A DNA stretch of 64,000 nt. Origin: an uncultured Chitinophagaceae bacterium. GTDB lineage: Bacteria > Bacteroidota > Bacteroidia > Chitinophagales > Chitinophagaceae. Below are positions 45,098-56,513 of the stretch, one piece after another (position 1 is the first letter of the stretch; each line of letters opens with the position of its first letter). The notes below the pieces were generated by a model. That model did no database searches, was not told where the DNA came from, and saw nothing but the letters and a program-made list of their open reading frames with translations. Made by a program: the position numbers and the translations under genes. The DNA lies in contig CAWBII010000010.1 in NCBI GenBank assembly GCA_963788795.1, positions 147,754 to 211,753 of the forward strand. Reading direction: 5' to 3'.

Positions 45098-46516
45098 ATG
45101 AAAAAAGGCATCTTTTTCTTCCTTGCAATATATTTTTTGCAAACAAATACTGTACATGCACAAGCCAATGCCATTGACAGTATAAAACAATTGTTACAAA
45201 ACGGAAAGAAGGATACCAGCCGTGTAGTATTGCTTAACCAGCTCTCACGCCTTTATTTGTACAATAAACCGGATACTGCACTGTCGCTGGCACAGCAAGG
45301 ATATGCACTTGCAAAGGAAATTGGTTTTACAAAAGGTGCAGCGGTAAGCCTGAACAGGATGGGTATTGCTTTTGATGGTACCGGGAATTATCCCAAAGCA
45401 TTAGAACTTCATATAGCGAGCCTGAAAATGACAGAAGATGTGAAAGATGAAAGGATGATTTATATTTCCATGTCAAACATTGGATCGGATTATGACTACC
45501 AGGGTAATTATCGCATGTCTGTTAGTTATCAACTTCAGGCGCTATCAATTGCTCAACGCCTGAATAACAAGACTGGGATTCAAATCTGCCTGAGCAACCT
45601 GGGAGATAGTTATGAAAAGCTGGATATGTTGGATTCTGCCAGGATATATACTAACCAGGCTTACGAACTGGCAATGGAACTGAAGAATATAGGTAGTACA
45701 GGAATAGCTTTAAATAACCTGGGCAATATCTATTCAAAGATGGGGCAGGATGTTATTGCTATGGGAAATTATAATTTGAGTTTACCTTATTCCCTGCAGG
45801 CAGATAATGAAGATGGTTTGTGTGAGACGTATCTCGGTATGGCTAAATTATTCCGCAGAGCAGGTAAAACAGATTCCTGCTTGTATTATGCAAAACTTTC
45901 TTTGGCATACGGAAAAAAAGGAGACTTTACTGCAAGAGTGATGAATGCCAGTAATTTTTTGACGGATTATTACACCTCTATACATAATGTAGATAGTGCC
46001 TTTGCATACCAAAGCGCTACCATTGCTGCTAAAGACAGTTTATTTAGCCAGGAAAAAGCAAGAGAGATACAGAGCCTCAGTTTTGATGAAAGCATGCGCC
46101 AGCAGAATATAGCCCTGGCAAAAACTGCTGAAAAAAAACAACGAAGGAATAATATACAGTTCGCCATTATAGCCATTGCCATTGTATGTTTTATTATTAT
46201 TTTTCTGTTACTTAGCCGCACGGTTATTGTCAATGAAAAATGGATTCGCTTTTTAGGTGTGCTGGGCTTATTACTTTTCTTTGAATTTATAAACCTTTTT
46301 TTACACCCCTATATTTCCGGAGTAACAAATGATTCACCCCTGTACACTTTATTGATAATGGTAATGGTGGCCTCTTTAGTGATCCCGTTTCATCACAGGA
46401 TCGAACATTGGATAAAAGGAAAAATGGTAATCAAGAATAAAAAAATAAGACTGGCAGCAGCCAAAAGAACCGTGGCACGGTTGGAAAAAGAAGGAGAAAA
46501 TTTAACCGGCAGCTAA
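45098..46516 (+). CDS. Periplasmic TPR sensor-like protein with three C-terminal TM helices
   Basis: Signal peptide, DTSRV, TPRs, KDSLFSQEK, three TM segments, no kinase domain. Confidence 0.85.
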   Translation: MKKGIFFFLAIYFLQTNTVHAQANAIDSIKQLLQNGKKDTSRVVLLNQLSRLYLYNKPDTALSLAQQGYALAKEIGFTKGAAVSLNRMGIAFDGTGNYPKALELHIASLKMTEDVKDERMIYISMSNIGSDYDYQGNYRMSVSYQLQALSIAQRLNNKTGIQICLSNLGDSYEKLDMLDSARIYTNQAYELAMELKNIGSTGIALNNLGNIYSKMGQDVIAMGNYNLSLPYSLQADNEDGLCETYLGMAKLFRRAGKTDSCLYYAKLSLAYGKKGDFTARVMNASNFLTDYYTSIHNVDSAFAYQSATIAAKDSLFSQEKAREIQSLSFDESMRQQNIALAKTAEKKQRRNNIQFAIIAIAIVCFIIIFLLLSRTVIVNEKWIRFLGVLGLLLFFEFINLFLHPYISGVTNDSPLYTLLIMVMVASLVIPFHHRIEHWIKGKMVIKNKKIRLAAAKRTVARLEKEGENLTGS

Positions 46517-46532
46517 TAAAAGTAATGAAACT

Positions 46533-46638
46533 CGCTGTCCTGAGTTTTTTAACTCAGTACTTACAATCAATAAATCTATAACAAATATTCAATTTTGATA
46601 AGCTTAAATATCCTGAGTTACAAACTCAGTATAGCAGT
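46533..46638 (+). repeat. Family A copy (5' truncated)
   Basis: CGCTGTCCTGAG...AACTCAGTACTTACAATCAATAAATCTATAACAAATATTCAATTTTGATAAGCTTAAATATCCTGAGTT. Confidence 0.9.
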
Positions 46639-46643
46639 GAACG

Positions 46644-47637
46644 TTATCTGTCTGACAAAGTATCAATAAACCCGTAACGTTCTTGCTGGTTTTTCCCGTC
46701 GGGCATTTTATTAAAAGCCCAATAAAAGATATATTTCTTGTCCTTGTCTATCCCCGTAAATATGCTGTCAACGTCTTTCCGAACTTTTTCATTTTCGAGC
46801 CTTAAAGCTACCGTATCCTTAAGATTGATGTCTGTGGTATAACATACCATTGGAAAAAAGCCTTCTTTAATTACTTGCGGAAAAATTCGAAACACTTTTG
46901 GTTTACTGTCTATGGCTGTAATTGTTAAAGGAAATTGGTATTTGGCATTTACTTCTTGCATGAGTGAATCTTCAAAATCTTTTATCTCTTTTTCTTTTAC
47001 AAATTGTAAATGAGTGTCTGCGGGTCGTAGAAGCACATTACTCAATGAAATATTATTTACTGCATCTATTAAATATGATTTTTTATAACTCATTTGCGCC
47101 AATTTAAAATAATCTGACGCAGTTTTTCCGAAGAATATATTGCCCAAATTTTAAAATATTTAGTTTCCACCCGTCTGGATAATTGCCATAAACTGCCGTT
47201 AATAAAAACTGGTTACCGAAGTTGTTTAATAAAAGCAATGAAACATAAGAGTCTTTGCTTGGGCATGCATAAGTAAAGATGTAATTTTAATCGTTATCAT
47301 CATTATTTCCTGATGGGAGCGTTTCGGCGATTCCTGTTGCAGAAGCATGATTCGAATATTCGTCAAGTATGCTGTAATTATCAATCTGTAGACCGCTAAT
47401 TTGGTTGATTAATTTATTTATATCACTTCCAATTTGAACAAGGGCAGGTAACATTAAGGATTTTACCTCAGTCAAATTATTAGTAGTGACTCCATTAAAC
47501 AATTTGTCATTGAGTGTTTTAATTTTTTCTCTTGTAGCAGGGTCAATACTTTGGTCCTGCCGAAATTTGAAAGTTGAAACATTGCAACTCTGAAGAAGTA
47601 ATATAGCAAAAATAATGTGGAGCGTCCTGGTAAGCAT
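46644..47637 (-). CDS. Hypothetical lipoprotein (frameshifted)
   Basis: MLTRTLHIIFAILLLQSC lipobox; two ORF pieces; preceded by GTTATGTGACA on the bottom strand. Confidence 0.65.
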
Positions 47638-47703
47638 AGAGTTGTTTTGAATGTCACATAACATTTAGAAAAGTATCCGAAAAGCCCCTTAAAAAATCCC
47701 TCA

Positions 47704-47873
47704 GCTATTCTTAACTTATCCATAACCGTTAGTTGCGCTATCCTGAGTTTTTTAACTCAGCACTTACAAACAATAAATCTATAACAAATATTCAATTTTG
47801 ATAAGCTTAAATATCCCGAGTTGCATCAGGATAGCAGTACTTTTATAATTAAAACATACTAAGGTTGGCAGGG
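47704..47873 (+). repeat. Family A plus family E copy
   Basis: Full A motif, then CAGGATAGCAGTACTTTTATAATTAAAACATACTAAGGTTGGCAGGGG. Confidence 0.92.
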
Positions 47874-47908
47874 GTTGAACTTTTTTTATCGAACACTGAC
47901 AGCATGAA

Positions 47909-48142
47909 TTATTCTTGCTTTAATTCTTTGAGAGCTTGAAGCAATTTTGGAATATCCTGTCTGACATGAGCAATAAAATCGTAGTCAGCCTCCGTAGCTC
48001 CAATTAACTCTATGTCTGAGCCTGCTGTCATGATAAAGCTACTACCGCTTTCGTGATCTCGGTCTTCAATATAAGCCTTCCATGGGCCTTTTGTAGCTTG
48101 ATTAGCTCGATGTTCTATCTCTTTGAGTTCTTTGTCTGTCAT
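47909..48142 (-). CDS. Small hypothetical protein with a phage Ead/Ea22-like motif
   Basis: ATKGPW...ADYDFIAHVRQDIPKLL pattern. Confidence 0.6.
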   Translation of the reverse strand: MTDKELKEIEHRANQATKGPWKAYIEDRDHESGSSFIMTAGSDIELIGATEADYDFIAHVRQDIPKLLQALKELKQE

Positions 48143-48271
48143 ATAATGAATGTTGGCTGTAATTATTTTCGTAAATCTTTCTTTTAACTCAAATCCCATA
48201 GTACTCAATTATTCAGTCATCAGTTGTAAAACATGGGACTTCATCGAAGGCAGTTCATGCCCGACGAAGTC

Positions 48272-48953
48272 TTATTTGTTAAGTGCCGTTTTTTCCGGCT
48301 GTCAGCATGAGCAGCTTTGCTTTTAATTTTTCTCCTATCTCTTCACTCTTGTCAAAGTGATTCATCTCCAATGTTTCAAAAACTTTCATTGCTTTGTCAA
48401 CATCGTTTGCTTTTGCGTATAAGAATGCTAAAACAAATTGAGGTTTTGGGAAATGAATGTTATAAAAATTTACATGTGCTGCTTGTTGTTGAGCAATTTC
48501 AATAAGTTGTTCAACTGAATTTGTTTGTCAAACGACTCGAAGATTTTTTCTTCACATCTGTCAAAGAGATTAGTAATGGTTTTTTTTGCTTTTTAAATCC
48601 CCAATGTGTTGCTATGCCATTTTTTGTTACCACCGTAAACGAATTTCGATCTCGTCAGTACCTTCCGATAAATGCATTAGAAACCTTTTGTCCGTTTTGT
48701 AAGACTCTATTTTATTTGAACGAACAACGGGAATAAGTCATATTAACTCCCCATACGAAGGTCCCTGGCTGTCTTTTCAATCTCGTGTAACCAATTGCTT
48801 GTCTAAATTTATTGTTGTCGTTGCGCCAACCATAATTGCCTTTTTTAGTAAACCTTTTTTGAAAGCGCGGAGAACGATTTCGTCAAGGATTGTTTGCAAA
48901 GCCTTTGCATCAATTTCAGGTTCGAATGAAGGAGAGCTGAAAAGTTTGAACAT
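48272..48953 (-). pseudogene. Hypothetical gene with multiple frameshifts
   Basis: ATG at 48953 (MFKLFSSPSFEPEIDAKALQTILDE...) lies just after a bottom-strand GTTAGCTGC core; frame is broken several times. Confidence 0.45.
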
Positions 48954-48973
48954 ATGTCAATTTAAAATTGCAG

Positions 48974-49103
48974 CTAACTCATATATATACACAACCCCTT
49001 GCTCAGAAAAATATTAATTTACAAATAATAATACTGCAAACAGAATATAACGTATTTCGGAACAGGCACAAGCGTAACTAACGCTAAAGGATATGCGACA
49101 AAG
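48974..49103 (+). repeat. Family B copy
   Basis: CTAAC|TCATATATATACACAACCCCTTGCTCAGAAAA...GGATATGCGACAAAG. Confidence 0.92.
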
Positions 49104-49115
49104 ATTCTACCGCTT

Positions 49116-49734
49116 TTAGTCCACTTGATTTAAAGCAGCCAACATTTTATTGAGCTGTGTCTCACGTTCTATTTTATAAGTGTCCCCCAAAGAGCTAATA
49201 ATTGTGGTATAAGCTCTCTTTTTTATCGCAGTTTTTGCGATTTCATTAAAGTCTTTGTTCACTGTACCTTCCAAATACAATTGTCCGAAAGCTATAGCCA
49301 CAATTGCAGCATCAATACCTGACATGTATCTACTTCCCAGTTCGCTTTGTTTTAAATAAGGTTTGAGTTTTTCAAAACTGGTTTCGTTTATGTCAAAAGT
49401 TGGATAACCCCAATTATCAATTTGCTCTGTTAAAACTTTTCGGATTATCAGCTTTATGTGACTGTCTCACTCCTTGAAACCTGCACAAGCGTCAGCGCCA
49501 TCGTCGTTGCCAAACGGTGCGGTTTCGTTAATAGGGTTCCAAGAAAACTCTTCATTCATCAATCGCTTCGCGAACTGGATTTGCTTTTCTATTGTTGGTA
49601 AATAATCCGACATAGGTGTTTTCTGTTTTTGAGTTGTGTCAAAATAGTGCTGTTTGGTATATTTTGCGGTTTTCTTCGTTCTGTCCACAAGCAGTAAGTG
49701 ACAAGAGTAAAAATGTTAGAAGTTGAGGTTTCAT
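49116..49734 (-). CDS. Hypothetical lipoprotein with a MolR-C-terminal-like motif (frameshifted)
   Basis: MKPQLLTFLLLSLTACGQ; APFGNDDGADA and DAAIVAIAFGQLYLEG segments in successive frames. Confidence 0.6.
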
Positions 49735-49744
49735 AAAGTGTGGC

Positions 49745-49911
49745 ACAACATTATAAATATACACCACCCCTTGCTCAGAAAAGTAGTAATTTACAAATAA
49801 TAATATTACCAACAGATGATAACCTATTTCGTAGCAGCCACAAGCATGGCTAACGCTAAAGGCTATGCGACAAGGCTTGCGCCATGAAACTTCTTTATGC
49901 CGGACGAAGGA
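49745..49911 (+). repeat. Full-length family B copy
   Basis: CACAAC|ATTATAAATATACACCACCCCTTGCTCAGAAAAG...CATGAAACTTCTTTATGCCGGACGAAGG. Confidence 0.92.
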
Positions 49912-49930
49912 GGCTCTTTTACCAAACACT

Positions 49931-51113
49931 TTATTTTTTTGATTTTTAAGACGCTCTAACAATTCATTGTAAAGAATAATTTCTGAATTTTTCAATGATG
50001 ATCTCAGAACTCTAAAATCTTCTTGTTTTTCTTTCGTATTAAGTTGCCTAGAGTGTCCCATAATAATATATGCTCTTGGCTTAATTGACAGTTACCCGAT
50101 GTTTTGTGTGGCGTTCAATATCTTCCTCCAAGATTTTTCGCCTGCTTTCTGCATAATAAAGATACTTTTCTGCTTGTACTAATGCCATAGTTGCATTTGG
50201 ATGCCAGTAATAGTTTCCTCTATCTTGTTTTGGTGCAATCAATTCAGTTTGTGGCTTCTTAATTTCAAACATATCCAAGTAACCTTGAGCGTCAATCATT
50301 CCAAAATCCACTTTTCTTGCGCCTGCTAATACAACATTCAGTTCAGGAATTGCTTTGACGTAATTTGAATCAATGAGAAATAAGTTCTTTGGGAAATGCC
50401 CCCAATTGCTCTCACAGGTGTTCTTTGCAAGTTTACCTTCAAATCTTCTAGAATACTGTCGACGGTAATTGTATCAATCTTAACCTTAGTCCTGGTAATA
50501 AATTTGAGTTTATAGCTGTCATATTTATATTTTGTTTTTAGTAAGGTCTCATAAAAATTCTTCTATCTTTTCAGATCAGCAGGTTCATTCTTTCGATCAC
50601 ATCTTTTATCTAGACTTGCTAGAATTTATTTAATCTTTGCTGTGATGATAATTTCGTTTCAGGGTACGAGCCGGGTAAGTTGTATAAAAAAATTCATCAG
50701 CAAAATAACTTCTATCCCTTTTATTTTCATTTGAGAGATCGGTTATTTTATCTTTGAAATACTCAAGGTCTGTATAATTCAATGTAAACACAGTTCTCTT
50801 ACCTGTTTTTTTATGTTACTCGTGATTTCTTATCTATAACAAATGAAGTTGGTTTAAAACGTTCAATTTTTTTATTAATATAGTAAAGCAAGCCTTGTTT
50901 AATATATCCATTTTCCTGAAACTTCTTTTGGCAATAATTTAAATCCGTTAAGCTCAATTTCTTTTAAACAAAAATCAGAAGGATAAAATTAATAATTAAT
51001 TTTTTCTTGTCTATACGATATACTAGTTGTTTTTTATCTTCATTATCTTCATCAAAAACATAATTTTCTTTGATGTTTTCATCTAGAAATTTGTATTCAG
51101 TCTGAAGAGCCAT
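49931..51113 (-). CDS. sduA: Shedu (SduA, DUF4263) anti-phage nuclease, heavily frameshifted
   Basis: Fragments VDFGMIDAQGYLDMFEIKKP, DRGNYYW, ALVQAEKY, PRAYIIMG, DFRVLRSSLKNSEIILYNELLERLKN match the Shedu nuclease core. Confidence 0.72.
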
Positions 51114-51710
51114 AATAGTTATAAGGTTAATTAGGGTTATATACAACTCATAAATATACGTCGAGGCTTGTGCTATTGGGAATTTATTACTATGTCCGCC
51201 AGACCACGAATTATTTTAAGTTTACGAAATGAAGATAACAAAATGCTCAAAGGAATCGGCCAACACACAAACCAAAACTGAATATAGATTTAAGGAAGGA
51301 TTAAGGTGTAAAGCCTCAATTGCTGGGAATGTTTTTATTACCCGAATGTGCCTTTTGAAATTTTCTAAATAGGAGTTTAAATAAAATATTGAGTTTCAGG
51401 AAAAATGGAACGTTTATATTCGATTTTTCCCCTGCTCTAATATCTTCAGTAATTTCTTGCCTTTTATATTCAGAATTTCATTATTATATAAGAAATGAAC
51501 TGCTCCTTTAGCTTTGGCGTTAGCATAGCTTCTGTATTTTTATTGGCTATTGAATCAAACTTTAAAATAGAATGAGAGAATTCATATTTGGTCTGTTATC
51601 CTCAACCTGCATTGTGAATAGATATATTCCTGGTACATTTTCATCTATTTGGGTTGGTTATATTGTAAGTAGTGAGTGATGTGTAGCATTCCGTCCTGTT
51701 ACTTCAATTC

Positions 51711-51986
51711 TCATGGGCGTACCTTGTACTTTTGAAGAACACCTATTTTACTTCTAATATGGCTTTTTGATTCTTTGCCTTGCCTGAGACTTACTTCTAT
51801 AAAAAATATTTGGCTATTATCTTCTCCATCTTCAATTCTATAATTCGTCTTGGAAACATGAAAATTAATTTCAACTCCATAGTATTTAAAAAGATCTAAA
51901 AGTTGCAAGGAAATCGTACTGCCAAACCATCTGCATTTATCCATTATATGCATTGAGAAATTTGTAAACCAGTTTGGTATCATCAA
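51711..51986 (-). CDS. Hypothetical protein fragment
   Basis: 91-aa ORF in an AT-rich, apparently disrupted region; no motif recognised. Confidence 0.3.
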   Translation of the reverse strand: MMIPNWFTNFSMHIMDKCRWFGSTISLQLLDLFKYYGVEINFHVSKTNYRIEDGEDNSQIFFIEVSLRQGKESKSHIRSKIGVLQKYKVRP

Positions 51987-52120
51987 AAATATTATCTTCT
52001 TCTAAAAAAATGTCTTATCCATTGTTCAGTTGTTACAAAGGTAAAGCGTTTCCTTACTATTACAAATTGCAAAGAGATAATCCAACTCCTGCTCATATTA
52101 ATATTACATCCCCTTTATTG

Positions 52121-52273
52121 GCGCAAGCGTCCGCTTGTGCCAGTTATAGATACATTTTCATTCATTTGTTTCTAATTTTATCTATGTAACAGCTAAGCAT
52201 AAACGTATTGAAAGTTTAGTAAATATAATTCAAATCTCTTTTAGTATTTCACAGCACAAGCGGACGCTTGCGC
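52121..52273. mobile_element. REPIN/MITE-like element, copy 1
   Basis: 20-bp terminal inverted repeats GCGCAAGCGTCCGCTTGTGC / GCACAAGCGGACGCTTGCGC around an AT-rich core. Confidence 0.8.
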
Positions 52274-52308
52274 TAAAGTTGTGCCATGAGGGGCAATGAA
52301 GTAAGAAA

Positions 52309-53088
52309 TTAATCTTTCTTTTTATACAAAGAACCTGCTATGTCTTCAATAAGTGTCTTAGGTAATAATTTTACCATTGCTGCACTAAAGCGGTTACTAA
52401 GACCGTAATAGTTCTCTTTTGCCACTCAGCATGCCTTTTACTGTTATTTCTGCCACAGCCTCTGGTAGTCATCGACATTTATCATAAATCTTTTGGATGT
52501 GAAATATTCCTGAACGCTTCACAAATCTGTATCTACACTACCTGGCAAAACAAGTAGTGAAAGCAGAAATATTCGCTTTCTTTAATTCATGTCTTAGTGC
52601 CCGCGTAAATTGTTTACCAATGCTTTGGAAGCGGCATACAGGTTTAATGTGGGCAATGCTTGTAAACGAGCCATGCTTCCTGTATTAAGAATGTAAGCTT
52701 TAGGCTGTTTTTGTAAAACAGGAATCATTAAATAAGTAATATTGATAAGTGTTCCAAACATTAAGCTGCAACATATTATTTTGTTCTGCTAGCAATAATT
52801 CATGAAAATTGCCCCACAAGCCGTAGCCGCATTATTAACCAAAACAGTCACTGGAAAATTATTTTGCGATATCCAGGCTATTACCTTTGCAGCGCTATCG
52901 TATTCAGATAAATCAATCACAACATATTTTACATCTACGCGATATGTATTACTAATTTTAGAAGCTACCTGTTGCAACAAAATTTCTTAGCGTTCATGTA
53001 ATAAAATATCATATTTTCTTTAGCGAATAATTCAGCTATAGCTTTACCTATACCTTTACTGACTGCCTGTTATGAGGACATAACTCAT
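52309..53088 (-). CDS. SDR family oxidoreductase (multiple frameshifts)
   Basis: MSYVLITG..KGIGKAIA, VLVNNA, YILNTGSMA, LYAASKA fragments. Confidence 0.75.
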
Positions 53089-53112
53089 AGTACGTTTAAT
53101 TTGAAAGAATAA

Positions 53113-53911
53113 TTACTTAATTTAATGTAGCAATTTATGATAAACCGGAGTTCGGCTAAATTATTTTTGGGTTTATATTTTCCCTGAATTATCGGGAAAT
53201 ACATAATCCTTCTTTTACTGGCTGCACCTATCACAGTTGATGGTGCAGACGATGCCATATTTTTCCCGAGTGAACGGTGAGGTCACTAGCTTCAGCTTCA
53301 GGCCTTTCGTTTTATCAGGAGAAGTATCAATATAATAAGGCTTACGAAAAAGCATTTGATAAAGATTTTGTTTATGTGTGCCGGGTAATAATCGTAAACC
53401 GCCCTTTTCAATAGGGGAGTCATCTAAGTAAATGCCAATATTGAGCATGGGGTCAAGTGTAATTTGGGTAAACAAGTCACGTAATCCATCAGTATGCCAG
53501 CCCATTTTTGTGAAATTACTTTCATCTGTATTTATAAAATGATTTATTACTAATCCATCTTTCTCATTTTCTGCTATACGGCTCTCAGTGCCATTAAAAC
53601 ATTTTAATGCCTCTATTCGGGGATCTTGTATTAAACTATGCAGGTATTCACTGTACAGAGATGCAAAAGCAAAACGCTGTATAATCTTATTCCCATTTTC
53701 ATCTTTACCGTATTTAATAGGAATCCCGTTGATTTTTTGCAGCCCTTTAGATACCCAATCATTTTGCAAGTTTTCTATGGCTATTAATGCATCTTCTATT
53801 TGTGTAGGGGTAAAAAAATTTTTAAAATGAATAAATCCGTATTTGTTATAAAAATTCAAGATGCTCCTGGGTTGGAGTATCTTTAAATATAAATTTCTGG
53901 TGGCTGTTCAT
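53113..53911 (-). CDS. Phytanoyl-CoA dioxygenase (PhyH) family protein (3' frameshifts)
   Basis: FYNKYGFIHFKNF, MGWHTDG, IYLDD, GGLRLLPGTH. Confidence 0.8.
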
Positions 53912-54473
53912 TTTATAAAATTAGAGAGGATCACAAATAATTATTTATATAAATTAAAAATGGGTATTTATATACAAACTTTATTTATTTCTACAGTAGG
54001 CATGCTCGCCGAGTCCCCTGCGGGATACTCGGCAGGGACCAAATTGCAGTCAATATCATTTCGCCTGCCGCCCTGCTTGCTATTGTAGATTTTTGTTTAC
54101 AGTTCAAATAAGAGTTCTCGTTCCAAAGAATTTGTCTCAGGAAACAAATGCCTGAACAAAAAACTAAAAGCTAAACAACATTATCCGTCTGCCTGCATTT
54201 TTCCAAGTATTGTGCTGTTTGCAGTAGTTTGAATATTTTCAATAAGCAATCGTTAATCTATCAAAGTATGTCTTGTTGTTCTTAAATATAGCACTCCAAA
54301 TAATTAAAATCGATAGGGTCAGGAACTGATCCTTTAGATAACAACCGTATAGCATCATTCGTAAAAATGATTTCCACTTATTAAAGATAGGGTTATCCGA
54401 AAAGTCCTTTGTCATTACAAAATCATAAAAAGAAATAATTGCCTGTTTAGCTATAATTGTATTAGTATTAGTT

Positions 54474-54625
54474 TTATTTCATCTTTTGTATAAACACTTC
54501 TTTTGTAAATAAATCTATACTTAATAGATTGCGTTCCCAAAATTGATATTTCCTATCTTTTGCTCTAACCTGAAATCTGTTTAAAACTTTAGGATGATTT
54601 TTTTCTAAATCTCTCTGATTGTTTG
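54474..54625 (-). pseudogene. Fragment of a REP-associated tyrosine transposase (RAYT/Y1)
   Basis: DLEKNHPKVLNRFQVRAKDRKYQFWERNLLSIDLFTKEVFIQKM resembles the RAYT C-terminal region; lies next to a REP-bounded element. Confidence 0.65.
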
Positions 54626-54660
54626 TGATACCCTTCTTCCTGGCGGGTGCTCCGTTATTG

Positions 54661-54813
54661 GCGCAAGCATCCACTTGTGCCAGTTATAGATACATTTTCA
54701 TTCATTTGTTTCTAATTTTATCTATGTAACAGCTAAGCATAAACGTAATTGAAAGTTTAGTAAATATAATTCAAATCTCTTTTATATTTCACAGCACAAG
54801 CGGACGCTTGCGC
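54661..54813. mobile_element. REPIN/MITE-like element, copy 2
   Basis: Near-identical direct copy of 52121..52273. Confidence 0.8.
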
Positions 54814-54881
54814 TAAAGTAACCTTGCGCCAATGAGGGGATAAATTTTACTTGGGTTGCTATTTTCGTCTTTGTATTCAGT

Positions 54882-55457
54882 CTATTTTTCTTTGTACAAG
54901 GTTTCAATTTTTCTTCTAGGTCTATCCATTGCTTGCAAAAGAAATTGCATATCCGTTTCATATTTTTCTGTTGCAGACTTATATCCAGTCCGTGTTGCAT
55001 AGTCATTCCAATATCTTGTATCATCATTGTCAAATTTCGAAAGTCTTATTGCCTCTTTAAAATCCGCTAAACTGCCTAGATAATCATAGATAAATTGCTT
55101 AACTAGTGCTCGATCATAATAATAACTTGCTTTGTTTGGATTTTTGTCAATACAAATATTATAGTCATTCAATGCATCAATGTCATAATTTAAGTCACGC
55201 AAAACACTCGCTCTTAAAGCAAATACTTCAGCTTCATCATATCCTTTTTGAATTGCTTGATCAAAAAATTCAAGAGCAGCGATTGTTTTTTGTTGCCTTC
55301 TTTCTGCTGATAATGATTTGTCAAGAACAGCATCTTTAGATAACTGCAGTCCTATTTTAAATATATCATATCCTTCAAAATATCCCCTTGTATATTTGTT
55401 TGGAGCAGTAGATTTGTCCGGTCTATTGGTCTTAAATATTCTCGAAATCCAATTCAT
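54882..55457 (-). CDS. TPR-repeat protein
   Basis: ALEFFDQAIQKG, ALNDYNICIDKNP, YYDRAL, LADFKEAIRL. Confidence 0.8.
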   Translation of the reverse strand: MNWISRIFKTNRPDKSTAPNKYTRGYFEGYDIFKIGLQLSKDAVLDKSLSAERRQQKTIAALEFFDQAIQKGYDEAEVFALRASVLRDLNYDIDALNDYNICIDKNPNKASYYYDRALVKQFIYDYLGSLADFKEAIRLSKFDNDDTRYWNDYATRTGYKSATEKYETDMQFLLQAMDRPRRKIETLYKEK

Positions 55458-55489
55458 GTAAAATATTCACTTTAAAGATGGCATGGCTG

Positions 55490-55652
55490 GTAACTCTAAA
55501 TATACGCAACCCCTTGCTCAGAAAAGTATTAATTTACAAATAATAATATTCCAACAGATCATAACTTTTTAACATGCCAGGCATAACTAACGCTAAAGGC
55601 TATGCGACAAAGCTTGCGTCATGAAACGTCTTTATGCATGGACTAAAAGGGA
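55490..55652 (+). repeat. Full-length family B copy
   Basis: GGTAAC|TCTAAATATACGCAACCCCTTGCTCAGAAAAG...GGACTAAAAGGG. Confidence 0.92.
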
Positions 55653-55655
55653 AGA

Positions 55656-56508
55656 CTAGTTACGTTTAGTTAGTCTGTTAAGTAAATTAAGAGCTACCAC
55701 GATTGAAATATGGTATCTAAATGTTGAATCCTCTTCATCTGACAATCCTGGGTGATTACCTTCAGGGTGTAATCTTTTCCAAAACCCTTCTATGAATGGC
55801 TTGTTGCAATTATTGTTTTCAACTTCATTTAAGTCAGCTCTAAGAACGCAGGGCTCACAGTTTTGCTAATAAACTAATTGCAGAACTTGCATTTTCACAT
55901 TTATTATTTGGAAGTAGTTTTTTACAAATGTCTATCAACAAAGATTCAATGAAGGGTTCGAATTGTCCATTAGCACCAGCCCAATTCCCTTGCGAATGGT
56001 TCAATATTGCTTGTTCTAAATGTCCTTTTGTAGTAGAAAAATTAAATTGATTTAAAAGTATAAACAACTCACTTTCTGTTTTTGCTTCTTCAATTTCAGT
56101 TGGTAGCATCTTTCTAATAGCCCTTCCCTTCATAGTATATCCGTCTCTCTTTAATGAGTTTGCCAGAGTCGGATACTTATAAGAAAATTTATCATCATAG
56201 GGAATATGGTCAAGACTATTATCATAAAACATTGAACTACGATTTTGTGGTTCATCTTCATAACGATAGAAATGGTCAACCATATATTGAAGCAGGTCAA
56301 GTTGGAAGGAGTCAGAGAATGGACCTTTTGGAGGTGGAAACTTTAAGGTTTTAAGTAAAATATTAATCTTATCATCTTTGGTAAATTTGCCCAGAGTCGG
56401 ATGCGTCTTGTGTTCTAAGTCAAAAACAGCAAATATTCTGTCGACAACTTTTTGAATATAGTTGTCTATAACATTTACAAGTTCTATGCAGGTTTTGAAT
56501 GAAAGCAT
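55656..56508 (-). CDS. Hypothetical protein with an Abi_C/HEPN-like C-terminus (frameshift near 55860)
   Basis: KGHLEQAILNHSQGNWAGANGQ; tail RLHPEGNHPGLSDEEDSTFR is in another frame. Confidence 0.55.
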
Positions 56509-56513
56509 GATGG

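Noticed and set aside
48970-49000. B left end as a chromosomal Xer/dif site
   Set aside because: Only loose resemblance; the XerD arm TTATGTTAAAT is absent and one side varies between copies
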